From Parcubacteria group bacterium (lineage in GTDB: Bacteria; Patescibacteriota; Minisyncoccia; Phycocordibacterales; UBA2135): a stretch of DNA of 64,000 nucleotides. Below are positions 48,500-57,093 of this stretch, piece after piece. The stretch is from assembly GCA_016204045.1 (NCBI GenBank), contig JACQLQ010000001.1:21515-85514 (forward strand), written 5' to 3'. Numbering within the stretch: position 1 is the first letter of the stretch; every line of letters starts with the position of its first letter. The notes below the pieces were generated by a model, which saw nothing but the letters and a program-made list of their open reading frames with translations, did no database searches and was not told the DNA's origin. A program made the position numbers and the translations under genes.

Positions 48500-48554
48500 G
48501 CTACAGATCGTGGAGCGAGAACCCTTGATATAACGGCTCGCGGTCATACATATC

Positions 48555-48785
48555 ATGCGATATATTGCCGTACTACTCATCAACTGCTATCAAACACTTT
48601 TCTCCCCCGATAGGGGGATGCTGCGGGTCAGGAGCAGCACCGTGTGCTGTTTTTATCCATCGTGTTCCCAATATGCAAAAGAGGCAATAGTAAAGTATGG
48701 CGTTTGGGGTGGTGGCATGCGGGCTCTCGCACGGGTTTTTCGCTGTCACCCATGGCAAAAAGAATGGATTGACCCCCTGCGATGA
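48555..48785 (+). CDS. yidD: membrane protein insertion efficiency factor
   Basis: CFYPSCSQY, RCHPW, DP. Confidence 0.92.
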   Translation: MRYIAVLLINCYQTLFSPDRGMLRVRSSTVCCFYPSCSQYAKEAIVKYGVWGGGMRALARVFRCHPWQKEWIDPLR

Positions 48786-48822
48786 TTTTGCGCCACCACG
48801 CAGATTTAGCTAGAATACAACA

Positions 48823-49581
48823 ATGATCGGAGATGCTTTTCACATTGTTTTCTATCAACCCCTATACAACGGGTTGGTTTTTTTGGTTTCATGGGTGCCG
48901 TTTGCGGATGTCGGAATTGCGATTATCACCCTGACCATCCTGGTCAAGTTTGTGCTTCTTCCGCTCACACACAAATCAACAAAGGCACAAAGAAAAATTA
49001 AAGAAATTGAACCTGAAGTCACAAAGCTTCGCGAAAAGCACAAAGAGGACAAGCAAATACAGGCACAGAAAATGATGGAACTGTACAAAGAACACGGAAT
49101 TAACCCCTTCTCGGGCTGCCTCCTCTTCATTGTTCAAATCCCCTTCATTATCGCGCTTTATTGGGTGTTTTGGAAAGGTATCCAAAACGGAAATTTTGAC
49201 CCCGGAGCACTATATTCTTTTGTCGACGTACCCGCAACGGTAAACCTCAATTTCCTTAGCCTCGTTAATATGTCTGAGAAGAGTGTCGTGCTCGCGCTTT
49301 TGGCTGGCATCTCACAATATTTCCAAATTAAACTTTCGATCCCCACTCTCCCAGAGAGCACGAACGAGGGCAATAAACCGTCACTCAAAGACGATTTCAT
49401 GAGAAGCTTTCAACTGCAAATGAAATACGGACTCCCGATCTTTGTTGCGTTTATCGCGTACACCATATCATCGGCTGTTGCATTGTACTGGGTAACATCC
49501 AACGTGTTCACCATCATTCATGAATTGTACGTTCGACACAAAGCAAAAAAGGTTACTCTTATCGCAAAAAGTAGAACATAA
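48823..49581 (+). CDS. yidC: membrane protein insertase YidC (short, monoderm-type)
   Basis: AIITLTILVK..LLPL, LYKEHGINPFSGC, QIP, ALYW. Confidence 0.95.
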   Translation: MIGDAFHIVFYQPLYNGLVFLVSWVPFADVGIAIITLTILVKFVLLPLTHKSTKAQRKIKEIEPEVTKLREKHKEDKQIQAQKMMELYKEHGINPFSGCLLFIVQIPFIIALYWVFWKGIQNGNFDPGALYSFVDVPATVNLNFLSLVNMSEKSVVLALLAGISQYFQIKLSIPTLPESTNEGNKPSLKDDFMRSFQLQMKYGLPIFVAFIAYTISSAVALYWVTSNVFTIIHELYVRHKAKKVTLIAKSRT

Positions 49582-49665
49582 GATGTAGAGGATTTGCAAA
49601 AGAGGGGCAATGCGGTATAGTGAGGAAAATTCAAGGATTTGCCTTAATTGATCTATCACTACCCC

Positions 49666-50166
49666 ATGAATCAAGAGCGTGCCCAAAAAATCGTTGAAGA
49701 TATTTTGTCCCGTTTGTGTGTGGACTGGCGTTTTGATGGTGTCAAAGATCTCCACGACGGTGCAATCACAAAGATTTCTATTGTAACAGAGGAACCCCAC
49801 CTTCTTATTGGAGAGGAGGGCAAAACACTACTTGCCATAAACCATTTGATGAAAAAGATATTGGAACGCGATGAAGAAGAGGGTGCGCGCGAGACAATGT
49901 CATTTATGGTGGACGTAAATGATCACCAAGAGAAACGAATTGAGGAACTCAAAAACAAAGCAACAATCATGGCGGAACGGGCACGTTTTTTCAAATCGAG
50001 CATTGAGTTGGAGCCGATGAATCCGTATGAGCGCATGATTGTGCACTCCTTTTTCTCACAGACTCCAGATATAAAAACAGAGTCTACGGGCTCTGGGCGC
50101 GAGCGCCGCGTTGTTATGAAGTTTGTGGATCCCGAGAGTGATAGCGGGCGCGCTCTCTCATTTTAG
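49666..50166 (+). CDS. jag: Jag/EloR-like KH-R3H RNA-binding protein (no N-terminal Jag domain)
   Basis: LIGEEGKTL KH, PMNPYERMIVH R3H, TESTG..R. Confidence 0.88.
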   Translation: MNQERAQKIVEDILSRLCVDWRFDGVKDLHDGAITKISIVTEEPHLLIGEEGKTLLAINHLMKKILERDEEEGARETMSFMVDVNDHQEKRIEELKNKATIMAERARFFKSSIELEPMNPYERMIVHSFFSQTPDIKTESTGSGRERRVVMKFVDPESDSGRALSF

Positions 50167-50218
50167 TGTAAAAGAACAGGAGACAAGGGATACATCGGAA
50201 CGTTCTAAAAAACAACCC

Positions 50219-51451
50219 CTAGTATAGGGGGTTGTTTTTTAGAAGCCAGAGCGTGTTGTCGATTTTATTCTTGAAAATAAGGTATGTTTCGTCTTTTGAG
50301 AGCACTGGATTCACAGCATCTATTGGTGTTCGAGCATCTCTCTTCGAAGAGACGAGGAACGTTTGTATTCCCCCATCGGCATCAATGCGCCACAAGTCGT
50401 CTGATGTCGCGGAGCCCCCGGCATACCACGTTTCAAGGGAAAACGATCTCTCTGGGACAGCACAGAAGAGCGTCCCCGTGTTTTTGTGACCCCAGACGCA
50501 CTTTTCTGGGAGTAGAGAAAGTGAGAGGGGTTGAGTGGTTGCTGTTTTTCGATTGAGAACGAAACTTTCAAGAATACCACTTTGGTATGTGGAATAAAGG
50601 AGCAGGTTGGCGTCTGGAGAGAGATTTGAGGTGAGACCGCGCCCTTGAGTGAGTTTTGCAAGTGCCCCGGTTTGCATGTTGAGTGCGTACGAAACACCCG
50701 TTATATTCTCCGATGGCCTTGTGGTTAAGAGTGTAATTCCAGCGCTTTGCCATCCGCCCAACCACTCTGCAAACGGGAAGTTGAAGACATTTTTGAGATT
50801 CTTGTTTTCAAACGACACACGCGTACCCACTGCACGAGTGCCGAAGCGCGCGAGATAAAAGACCTCTTTTGCGTCTGGTGATGGGGCGACAAATAGGATG
50901 TCGTCGGGCATGAACACGCCCGTAATTTTTCCAGGGCTTTGTCCGCCGTTCTTTATAATCTCTCCGAGAAAGGTTTTTATCGTGTCATCTTCCCCCAAAT
51001 AGCGAAGGATAAGCCTGTTGCCAGTTTCGTTCCACACGACCTCCTCTACTGTAAGAAGTGTGGTGTTGGTAATACGGCTCTTTTCACCACTTTCAAGGCG
51101 AATATCGTAGACATGCCCTGTCGCTCTCTCCATATATCGCACTGTTGTTGAAGCCCCCTCCCCAAGAATTGTCGCGCCAGAAACAGGAATGCGTGTGAGT
51201 TGAGACAATGTTGCGCCAACAGGAATCCCCATCTCAGGAGCTTCTTCGCCGGTGCCCTCTCCCTCCTCTGTTAATCCCCGGTCATCCACAATGGGACGAT
51301 CTGCCACCTCGCCCCCAAAAGGAAGAAAGTCGAGCAACACCTCACCTGTTGATTGTCCCGTGTCGCGTGCAATGTAAAACGCCGCGCCAAAAAGCCCCCC
51401 AATCAAGATGGTAAAGATGATAACGATGATGAGTAGGGTTTTTTGTGACAT
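50219..51451 (-). CDS. membrane-anchored beta-propeller (TolB-like) hypothetical protein
   Basis: N-terminal TM, repeated SPD/W beta-blade patterns. Confidence 0.65.
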   Translation of the reverse strand: MSQKTLLIIVIIFTILIGGLFGAAFYIARDTGQSTGEVLLDFLPFGGEVADRPIVDDRGLTEEGEGTGEEAPEMGIPVGATLSQLTRIPVSGATILGEGASTTVRYMERATGHVYDIRLESGEKSRITNTTLLTVEEVVWNETGNRLILRYLGEDDTIKTFLGEIIKNGGQSPGKITGVFMPDDILFVAPSPDAKEVFYLARFGTRAVGTRVSFENKNLKNVFNFPFAEWLGGWQSAGITLLTTRPSENITGVSYALNMQTGALAKLTQGRGLTSNLSPDANLLLYSTYQSGILESFVLNRKTATTQPLSLSLLPEKCVWGHKNTGTLFCAVPERSFSLETWYAGGSATSDDLWRIDADGGIQTFLVSSKRDARTPIDAVNPVLSKDETYLIFKNKIDNTLWLLKNNPLY

Positions 51452-51486
51452 GGGATAACAATTTTTAAGCAACGCGTAGAGTGGCC

Positions 51487-52272
51487 TCATCCACCAAAAC
51501 AAGAATACCGAAGTATTTCACAAACCGTGCCCTCTCGAGGAAAAACACATCTTGCCGTCCACGTCCCACTGTTCGTTGTGCACCTGGTGCGATAATTCTC
51601 AATTTCCGCAGTGTCCTCAACGGCAAAATCTTCAGACTCCGGTCTTCCAGAGGGAGCCGGTCTCTCTGGTTCACGTAACATACAACAAAACGAGGAAGAA
51701 TCCGGCTTCCCGAGAGAACCACCAGAACAGAATCGATCAGCGATGGGTGCTTGTCTTACGCCGCGGACGTCTAGACACAAGCGATCCTCGCTCGAATTAA
51801 CATTTGTCACCCAGGTGTAAGAATATCCCGGCGGCGCACTTGGTGGGGTGGCAGGACTGATGCCCTCTAGGCGCAAATCAATATTTAAGAGGTTGGGGTT
51901 TATGGTTTGGAGAATAAGCACTGACGATAGGATAAGGATGAAACCCCATATGGCATTTTGCATTCTCTTCATCCCCTCTTCTTTTCCGCTGATTATCTCA
52001 CTTGCCATGTACTGTATACCCCCAACGACAATAAGAAGGACCGCCAATACAGTTGCTGCGCCGACAGCAAGACTAAAAAACCCCTCAATATAACGTCCCA
52101 CGGGTGTCTCCGCCTGTGGGGTACCACCCAAAGGCGGAAGTTGCTCAAGGGGCACGTACCCCCCGGGGGTTCCTTGGGCAAAGGCGATTCCGAAAATACC
52201 AAAAATACCGACAAGTAAAAGAATGGCAAGAAGACCAAAGAGAGGCAACCTTTTTAAGTATGAGCGGTGCAT
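51487..52272 (-). CDS. TrbC/VirB2-like pilin with Cys-rich C-terminal extension
   Basis: signal peptide, LAVLLIVVGGIQYM..EG.KR..NAIWG..L..INP hydrophobic hairpin. Confidence 0.75.
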   Translation of the reverse strand: MHRSYLKRLPLFGLLAILLLVGIFGIFGIAFAQGTPGGYVPLEQLPPLGGTPQAETPVGRYIEGFFSLAVGAATVLAVLLIVVGGIQYMASEIISGKEEGMKRMQNAIWGFILILSSVLILQTINPNLLNIDLRLEGISPATPPSAPPGYSYTWVTNVNSSEDRLCLDVRGVRQAPIADRFCSGGSLGKPDSSSFCCMLREPERPAPSGRPESEDFAVEDTAEIENYRTRCTTNSGTWTARCVFPREGTVCEILRYSCFGG

Positions 52273-52284
52273 ATGTGTACAAAA

Positions 52285-53286
52285 CTAAATTTTCTCCTCA
52301 CTACCAAAGTTTACCAAAAATTCGGCTGTTGTGGCCTGGAGTGCGCGCGCCGCATTTTCAACAACCAAAGAGATCTGCGCCACGCTTGCGGATTGCTGAG
52401 ATCCTTCCTGGCGCAGGGTAATCTCGCCGGATCTTTCTCCACCAGGTACCATACGTCCATTTAACGACCAAACAAAAGAAATTTTGCCCAAGCGCACGTC
52501 GTTCAAAGAAAAATACAGTGGTTCAGCACGCAGTGTCGTTTCCTCTGTCTCCAGATCAATGACTCCTGGTAAGGCCTTATTATACAGGACCCCCAACAGT
52601 GGGTGCCGTTCATACAGAAGAACGCGTGAGTCATGGGGAACAAGACGCATTTCTTTTTTAACAGAAAAAGAATTTTGAAGGGAGGAAACCTCAACCATGA
52701 CGTCAACGGGTCGGAATCCCGATGGCATTGTCAGCTCAACCACGTCCCTTCCGTACCCAGAGAGATTTCCAAGCACAGTACGGTCCTTAGACCACGTGAA
52801 CACTAGCTCACTTGAAGCGAGGCGTGTGCCGTTCCCAAGTACGAAGTGTGGGACCGCAGTGACTCTGACCGTGCTTCCTGGCGACGCCAGAGCCTTGCCT
52901 CGATAAAACGGTGGAGTATACGTGTCTGCCTCCCAAAGGAAGTCGACCTCTGCTGGTCGGATGACTGTCTCGCCACGCAACTGTTTGCCGTCGATGGTTC
53001 GCACAAGAGCCGTGATGGTTGTTGCACTTCCCAAGGGACCCGCCGAAAAGCGAAATGTTTTTACCCCTCGCCCGCTTGAAACAACGCGCCCACTTTGTGT
53101 CCATGAAATAGTGGAGCGATTAAGGTCGGCCGCGGAGGAAGAAAGTGAAAGAGTGACCTCCTGTCCAGGTCCGGGCGTTGTTGGTGAAACAGCAACCTGG
53201 AGAACCGGAGCAATAGTCTGTGCACTCGTCCACAGAGGGAAGAGTAAAGATAGCGAGATGAAGAGTGTTGTTACAAGCTTAGACAT
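52285..53286 (-). CDS. secreted Ig-like repeat hypothetical protein
   Basis: signal peptide, beta-rich repeats with W..G motifs. Confidence 0.7.
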   Translation of the reverse strand: MSKLVTTLFISLSLLFPLWTSAQTIAPVLQVAVSPTTPGPGQEVTLSLSSSAADLNRSTISWTQSGRVVSSGRGVKTFRFSAGPLGSATTITALVRTIDGKQLRGETVIRPAEVDFLWEADTYTPPFYRGKALASPGSTVRVTAVPHFVLGNGTRLASSELVFTWSKDRTVLGNLSGYGRDVVELTMPSGFRPVDVMVEVSSLQNSFSVKKEMRLVPHDSRVLLYERHPLLGVLYNKALPGVIDLETEETTLRAEPLYFSLNDVRLGKISFVWSLNGRMVPGGERSGEITLRQEGSQQSASVAQISLVVENAARALQATTAEFLVNFGSEEKI

Positions 53287-53309
53287 TTTTAGAATGCAGA
53301 ATCTAGAAT

Positions 53310-55145
53310 TTAGCTTTTGGAAGCTTCCTCGATGGGTGGTTCTCCCGCCGGAGTCTCGCGCGCCCTCTTAATTGCGAGAAGCTCTGATGGGTCTGACGTG
53401 ATAATTTGGTCTTCGGCGTATGAGGCAATAGTTTTCATTGCGACGTGTTTTAACCCGGCAAAGAAAATCCCCTCACCAACGTCTGATTCGAGAAGGAGAA
53501 ACTTCTCCTCATTTGTGAGGTTAAAGGTTTTTTGCACGAGATCGATAGCAGAGGTTGATTGTTTAAGGAGAAGACGGATCGACGAGTTGTTGATAATTGC
53601 CTCACCATAAGGTGAACGAAGAAAGTCGTTTACGTCCTGTGTAATTGTTGCGAGTCCAAGGTAGTACTTTCGGCCACGCTTCGCAAGCGAGAAGAGGAAA
53701 GAGGCTGTATCTTCTTGTTTCATCATCCACCACGCCTCATCGATAACCATAAGACGTTTTTTGAGATTCTTTCGGACTGCGTTCCAAATGAAATGCGTGA
53801 CGATATACATCGCAACAGGCTTAAGCTCATCCTCCATGTCTCGGACGGAGAAAACAACGAACTTTTTGTTGATGTCCACATTTGTCGGGCGGTTGATGAA
53901 GCCGCTCCATGTCCCCTTGGTGTATTTGGTAAGGCGCTGGGAGAGTGATTCCCCGCCCTTCATTCCAGCGAGCACGAGCTCAAAGTCAGAAAGTAGTGGA
54001 GGTGCAATGTTTGAGAAGTTTGAATCAGGCGTAATATCTTTGAGCGCATAGGTTTCAGTGATCGCACGGTCGATAATAGAGTCTTCTTCCGGAGTAAGCC
54101 CACCCAACATAATACGGAAGAGTCCGACTAAGTTAACAATATTAGAGCGTAGCACGTCTGCTGGCGCCTCCCCCTCTCCCACTGGGGGTAGGTCAAAGGG
54201 ATTAATGTGGTGCTCGGAGGTCAATGAAATATTGAAGTATCGTCCACCCGTCGCTTCTGCAAGGTATTCGTACTCACGTTCCGGGTCAATGACGATAACA
54301 TCAATGTCGAACATGAGCGATCGCAAGATTTCAAGTTTTGTGGCGTATGATTTCCCAGCACCTGATGTCGCGAACATAATAGAGTTGTAGTTCGGCATCG
54401 AGAAGCGATCAAACAAGACGAGGCTTGAGTTATGACGGTTTACTCCATACAAAATACCTCGGTCGGATGTCAGATCGAAAGACACGAATGGGAAGAAAGA
54501 GGAAAGTGGCGACGAGTTAAGTTTCGAATGAACATTCAGGCGGTCATCTGCGATGGGGAGCACACTTCGATACCCCTCCTCTTGTTGGAAGAGGGCTGGG
54601 CGGATATATACCAACTTCGACTCGAGCATCGTTTTAATCTCCTGTTCGATTTTGTCCACCTCGCTCTCGGTGTCACCATAGATAGTGATATAGAGACCCA
54701 CGTCGAAAAGTCGCTCTTGTGCTTGCTGGAGCTTGTCTCGGAGCGCTTCGAGGTCTTGGTATGCAGTGTCGAGCTTTGGGTCGCGCACAAGACCCTTTTC
54801 TTCGCGGATGCTGATCTGGCTCTGCACCTCGGCAACCTTTTTTTGGAACTCACGAAGAGCCTGGCCAGTGTCAATTGGGTGCACAAAGATGGAGATATCA
54901 AAGATTTTGTCGAGATTGATGATGGGAGAAAGCCAGTTGTCTGAAAGAAAGCGTGGATAGGAAATTGCAAAAAAGGTACGCGCTATTTTCTCGCTTAAGT
55001 AGAATTGTCTCGGCTCGATCTTCAAGGCGGCGGGAGCGATAATGTCGCGCAACTCCAAGACTCCCGCTTCATAAATTTCTTGCGGAAGAATTGGTGAAAT
55101 CTCCGTTTTCTCTTCTCGTTTTAAGATTTTGTCGAGCAAACCCAT
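53310..55145 (-). CDS. virB4: VirB4-family ATPase
   Basis: YGVN, FDRF, ATSGAGKS Walker A, IDPE.EY, IDEAW Walker B, KRGRKY, TQD. Confidence 0.9.
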   Translation of the reverse strand: MGLLDKILKREEKTEISPILPQEIYEAGVLELRDIIAPAALKIEPRQFYLSEKIARTFFAISYPRFLSDNWLSPIINLDKIFDISIFVHPIDTGQALREFQKKVAEVQSQISIREEKGLVRDPKLDTAYQDLEALRDKLQQAQERLFDVGLYITIYGDTESEVDKIEQEIKTMLESKLVYIRPALFQQEEGYRSVLPIADDRLNVHSKLNSSPLSSFFPFVSFDLTSDRGILYGVNRHNSSLVLFDRFSMPNYNSIMFATSGAGKSYATKLEILRSLMFDIDVIVIDPEREYEYLAEATGGRYFNISLTSEHHINPFDLPPVGEGEAPADVLRSNIVNLVGLFRIMLGGLTPEEDSIIDRAITETYALKDITPDSNFSNIAPPLLSDFELVLAGMKGGESLSQRLTKYTKGTWSGFINRPTNVDINKKFVVFSVRDMEDELKPVAMYIVTHFIWNAVRKNLKKRLMVIDEAWWMMKQEDTASFLFSLAKRGRKYYLGLATITQDVNDFLRSPYGEAIINNSSIRLLLKQSTSAIDLVQKTFNLTNEEKFLLLESDVGEGIFFAGLKHVAMKTIASYAEDQIITSDPSELLAIKRARETPAGEPPIEEASKS

Positions 55146-55155
55146 GATTAATTGA

Positions 55156-55803
55156 TTATATCTTAGCCGCTTTCTCTGATGGAATTGGTTTTTCTACTTC
55201 GCCGGGGTTAAACATCTTGAAGAAAAGCTCTATAAGCTCTTCTGTCCCAAGGCGTGCGACGCGAATACCCGTTGACGCAAGTCCCTGCTCGACAACGGAA
55301 GCGCGCTGCTCAAGTTGAGTACGGTTTTCTTCGAATGACTCTAGGTGTGCCTCTTTCCCCTCTTGCCGCGTCCTCCCAGTGAAACGACTAATAAGGTCAC
55401 CACCCGCCTTGCCGAGGACCGAGGGAGAATATGGGATTACGATAAAAAAAGTTTTTGTCATGATATTGACGGTTTCCGAAAAACTTTTGATGAATTCTAT
55501 ATACTCCCCCACCTGGAGGCGCATAAGATCCGATGTTTGCTCCTTTTCCCGCTCCTGAAGGAGTGAAATGTAGGGTCTAATATCGAGTTTGCGCGACTGT
55601 ACGAAGAATTGTATCGAGAAATCGAGAGAGTTTAAGGTGTTCTGAAACTGCGAAAGGATTGCCTCTTGTTCATCTTCTGATTTGAGTGCCAGGTTGTGGG
55701 AAGAGGCCATAAGCACCAAGCGGAGAGAACCATCCTTAAGGATGATAATGCCGTTTCGGATTTCCCTAATTGGAACGAATTCTTGAGTTGATGTTGAAAC
55801 CAT
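55156..55803 (-). CDS. TraC-like domain protein (VirB4 N-terminal-like)
   Basis: STQEF, LKSEDEQ, LNSLDFSIQ, FFIVIPY; lies between prgI and virB4. Confidence 0.7.
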   Translation of the reverse strand: MVSTSTQEFVPIREIRNGIIILKDGSLRLVLMASSHNLALKSEDEQEAILSQFQNTLNSLDFSIQFFVQSRKLDIRPYISLLQEREKEQTSDLMRLQVGEYIEFIKSFSETVNIMTKTFFIVIPYSPSVLGKAGGDLISRFTGRTRQEGKEAHLESFEENRTQLEQRASVVEQGLASTGIRVARLGTEELIELFFKMFNPGEVEKPIPSEKAAKI

Positions 55804-55853
55804 AATTCGGTCAGTAGTCTTTAGTCCTTAGTCTGTAGGCTATCGACTACGAG

Positions 55854-56276
55854 CTATCGACTATTTTTTTCTTGTCCGGCGTAAATGCTGTCGTGGACGT
55901 CTAAACTCCAGGCAATATCTTTGAGCTTGCTTTCCGATAGCTTTGGCACTACGAGACCCGACTCCTGCGGCAACGCCTCCGGTCTTTCGGCAGCCTTAGG
56001 CTGCTTCTTCCATAAATACAGTTTACCACGTGTCACATACCGGAACAGCGCCTCAAGTGCGTAGACGAAGCTGCGGTCATTCACTTTGTAAAACGCGAGC
56101 GCAAGTGACAACCCCCCCACTCCCACGATGAGCGGAATGGAAAGGAAAATGGGGAGAAGCCGCCACAAGAGAAAAACCATACCCGCCCCCCCAGCAAGAT
56201 AGATGAACTGTCGAAACGTCAGCGGGCCGAAAATCCTATCTTCTATCTCAATAAATTGTGGTGTTTGGAAACGCAT
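55854..56276 (-). CDS. PrgI-family (VirB3-like) protein
   Basis: PQFIEIEDRIFGPLTFRQF plus 2 TMs. Confidence 0.88.
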   Translation of the reverse strand: MRFQTPQFIEIEDRIFGPLTFRQFIYLAGGAGMVFLLWRLLPIFLSIPLIVGVGGLSLALAFYKVNDRSFVYALEALFRYVTRGKLYLWKKQPKAAERPEALPQESGLVVPKLSESKLKDIAWSLDVHDSIYAGQEKNSR

Positions 56277-56312
56277 AATTAAGTTACCAGTCTTTAGCCT
56301 ATGGACCACAAA

Positions 56313-57080
56313 CTATTCTATTGGCTCACGGTATGGGTCGCCTTCTCCGTAATGCTCAACTTTTTCGTGGGGCGTATGCACAGTTTCTTGAAGTTGTGTG
56401 CGCACCAGATCGGTTGGCGCACTCGGGGTAATCCCTGACGATACAGACTCATTCTTTGGCGTAGGAAGGGTTGCGCTCTCTTGCCCCCCCTCGATCATTT
56501 GCAAGAGTTCTAGCTTGCTTTCTATTGGTTCGGTAATCGGGTATTCTTTGTCTATTTCTGGAGCGGGCTCCCCCTCTGTTTCTTCCGGTAGATTCTCCGG
56601 AACGTCTCCCGCTTTTTCGGATGCTTTTGGTTCAAACGCCTGATTAGATTTCGTGGTGTCTGTATTCCCCACGGCTCCTCCTGTGACAATAGCGGGAACT
56701 GTAGATTTTGGCGCGACTTGATTGTCCGACACAGTCTCAACCGAAGAGGAGTCCCCCGTTATCTGGTGAATTTTTTTCAACGATTCACGGATTGGTCGAA
56801 AAATCTGTTCATTGATATCAGTGGCAATTGTATGCGCACTTCCCGCATCAACACCTAGGCGGTCAGCAATTTTTCCCACGAAATCTTTTGGGTGTGTTGC
56901 GCCAATCATGACCCACCCCACCTCATCATTCAGATCCGCAATTTTATCAACATGAAGATTGTATTTTTTCCCAATATTCTCAATTTGTTCTGTTACTCCA
57001 ACTGATGAATACGCCTCCTTCACATTTTCAGGAAGATTTTTATAAAGTGTACGAAATTTTTGTGGGTCGATGATATTCAT
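56313..57080 (-). CDS. hypothetical protein with disordered C-terminus
   Basis: NEQIFRPIRESL core, P/E/T-rich tail ending DPYREPIE. Confidence 0.75.
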   Translation of the reverse strand: MNIIDPQKFRTLYKNLPENVKEAYSSVGVTEQIENIGKKYNLHVDKIADLNDEVGWVMIGATHPKDFVGKIADRLGVDAGSAHTIATDINEQIFRPIRESLKKIHQITGDSSSVETVSDNQVAPKSTVPAIVTGGAVGNTDTTKSNQAFEPKASEKAGDVPENLPEETEGEPAPEIDKEYPITEPIESKLELLQMIEGGQESATLPTPKNESVSSGITPSAPTDLVRTQLQETVHTPHEKVEHYGEGDPYREPIE

Positions 57081-57093
57081 ATGTCACTTTTGA

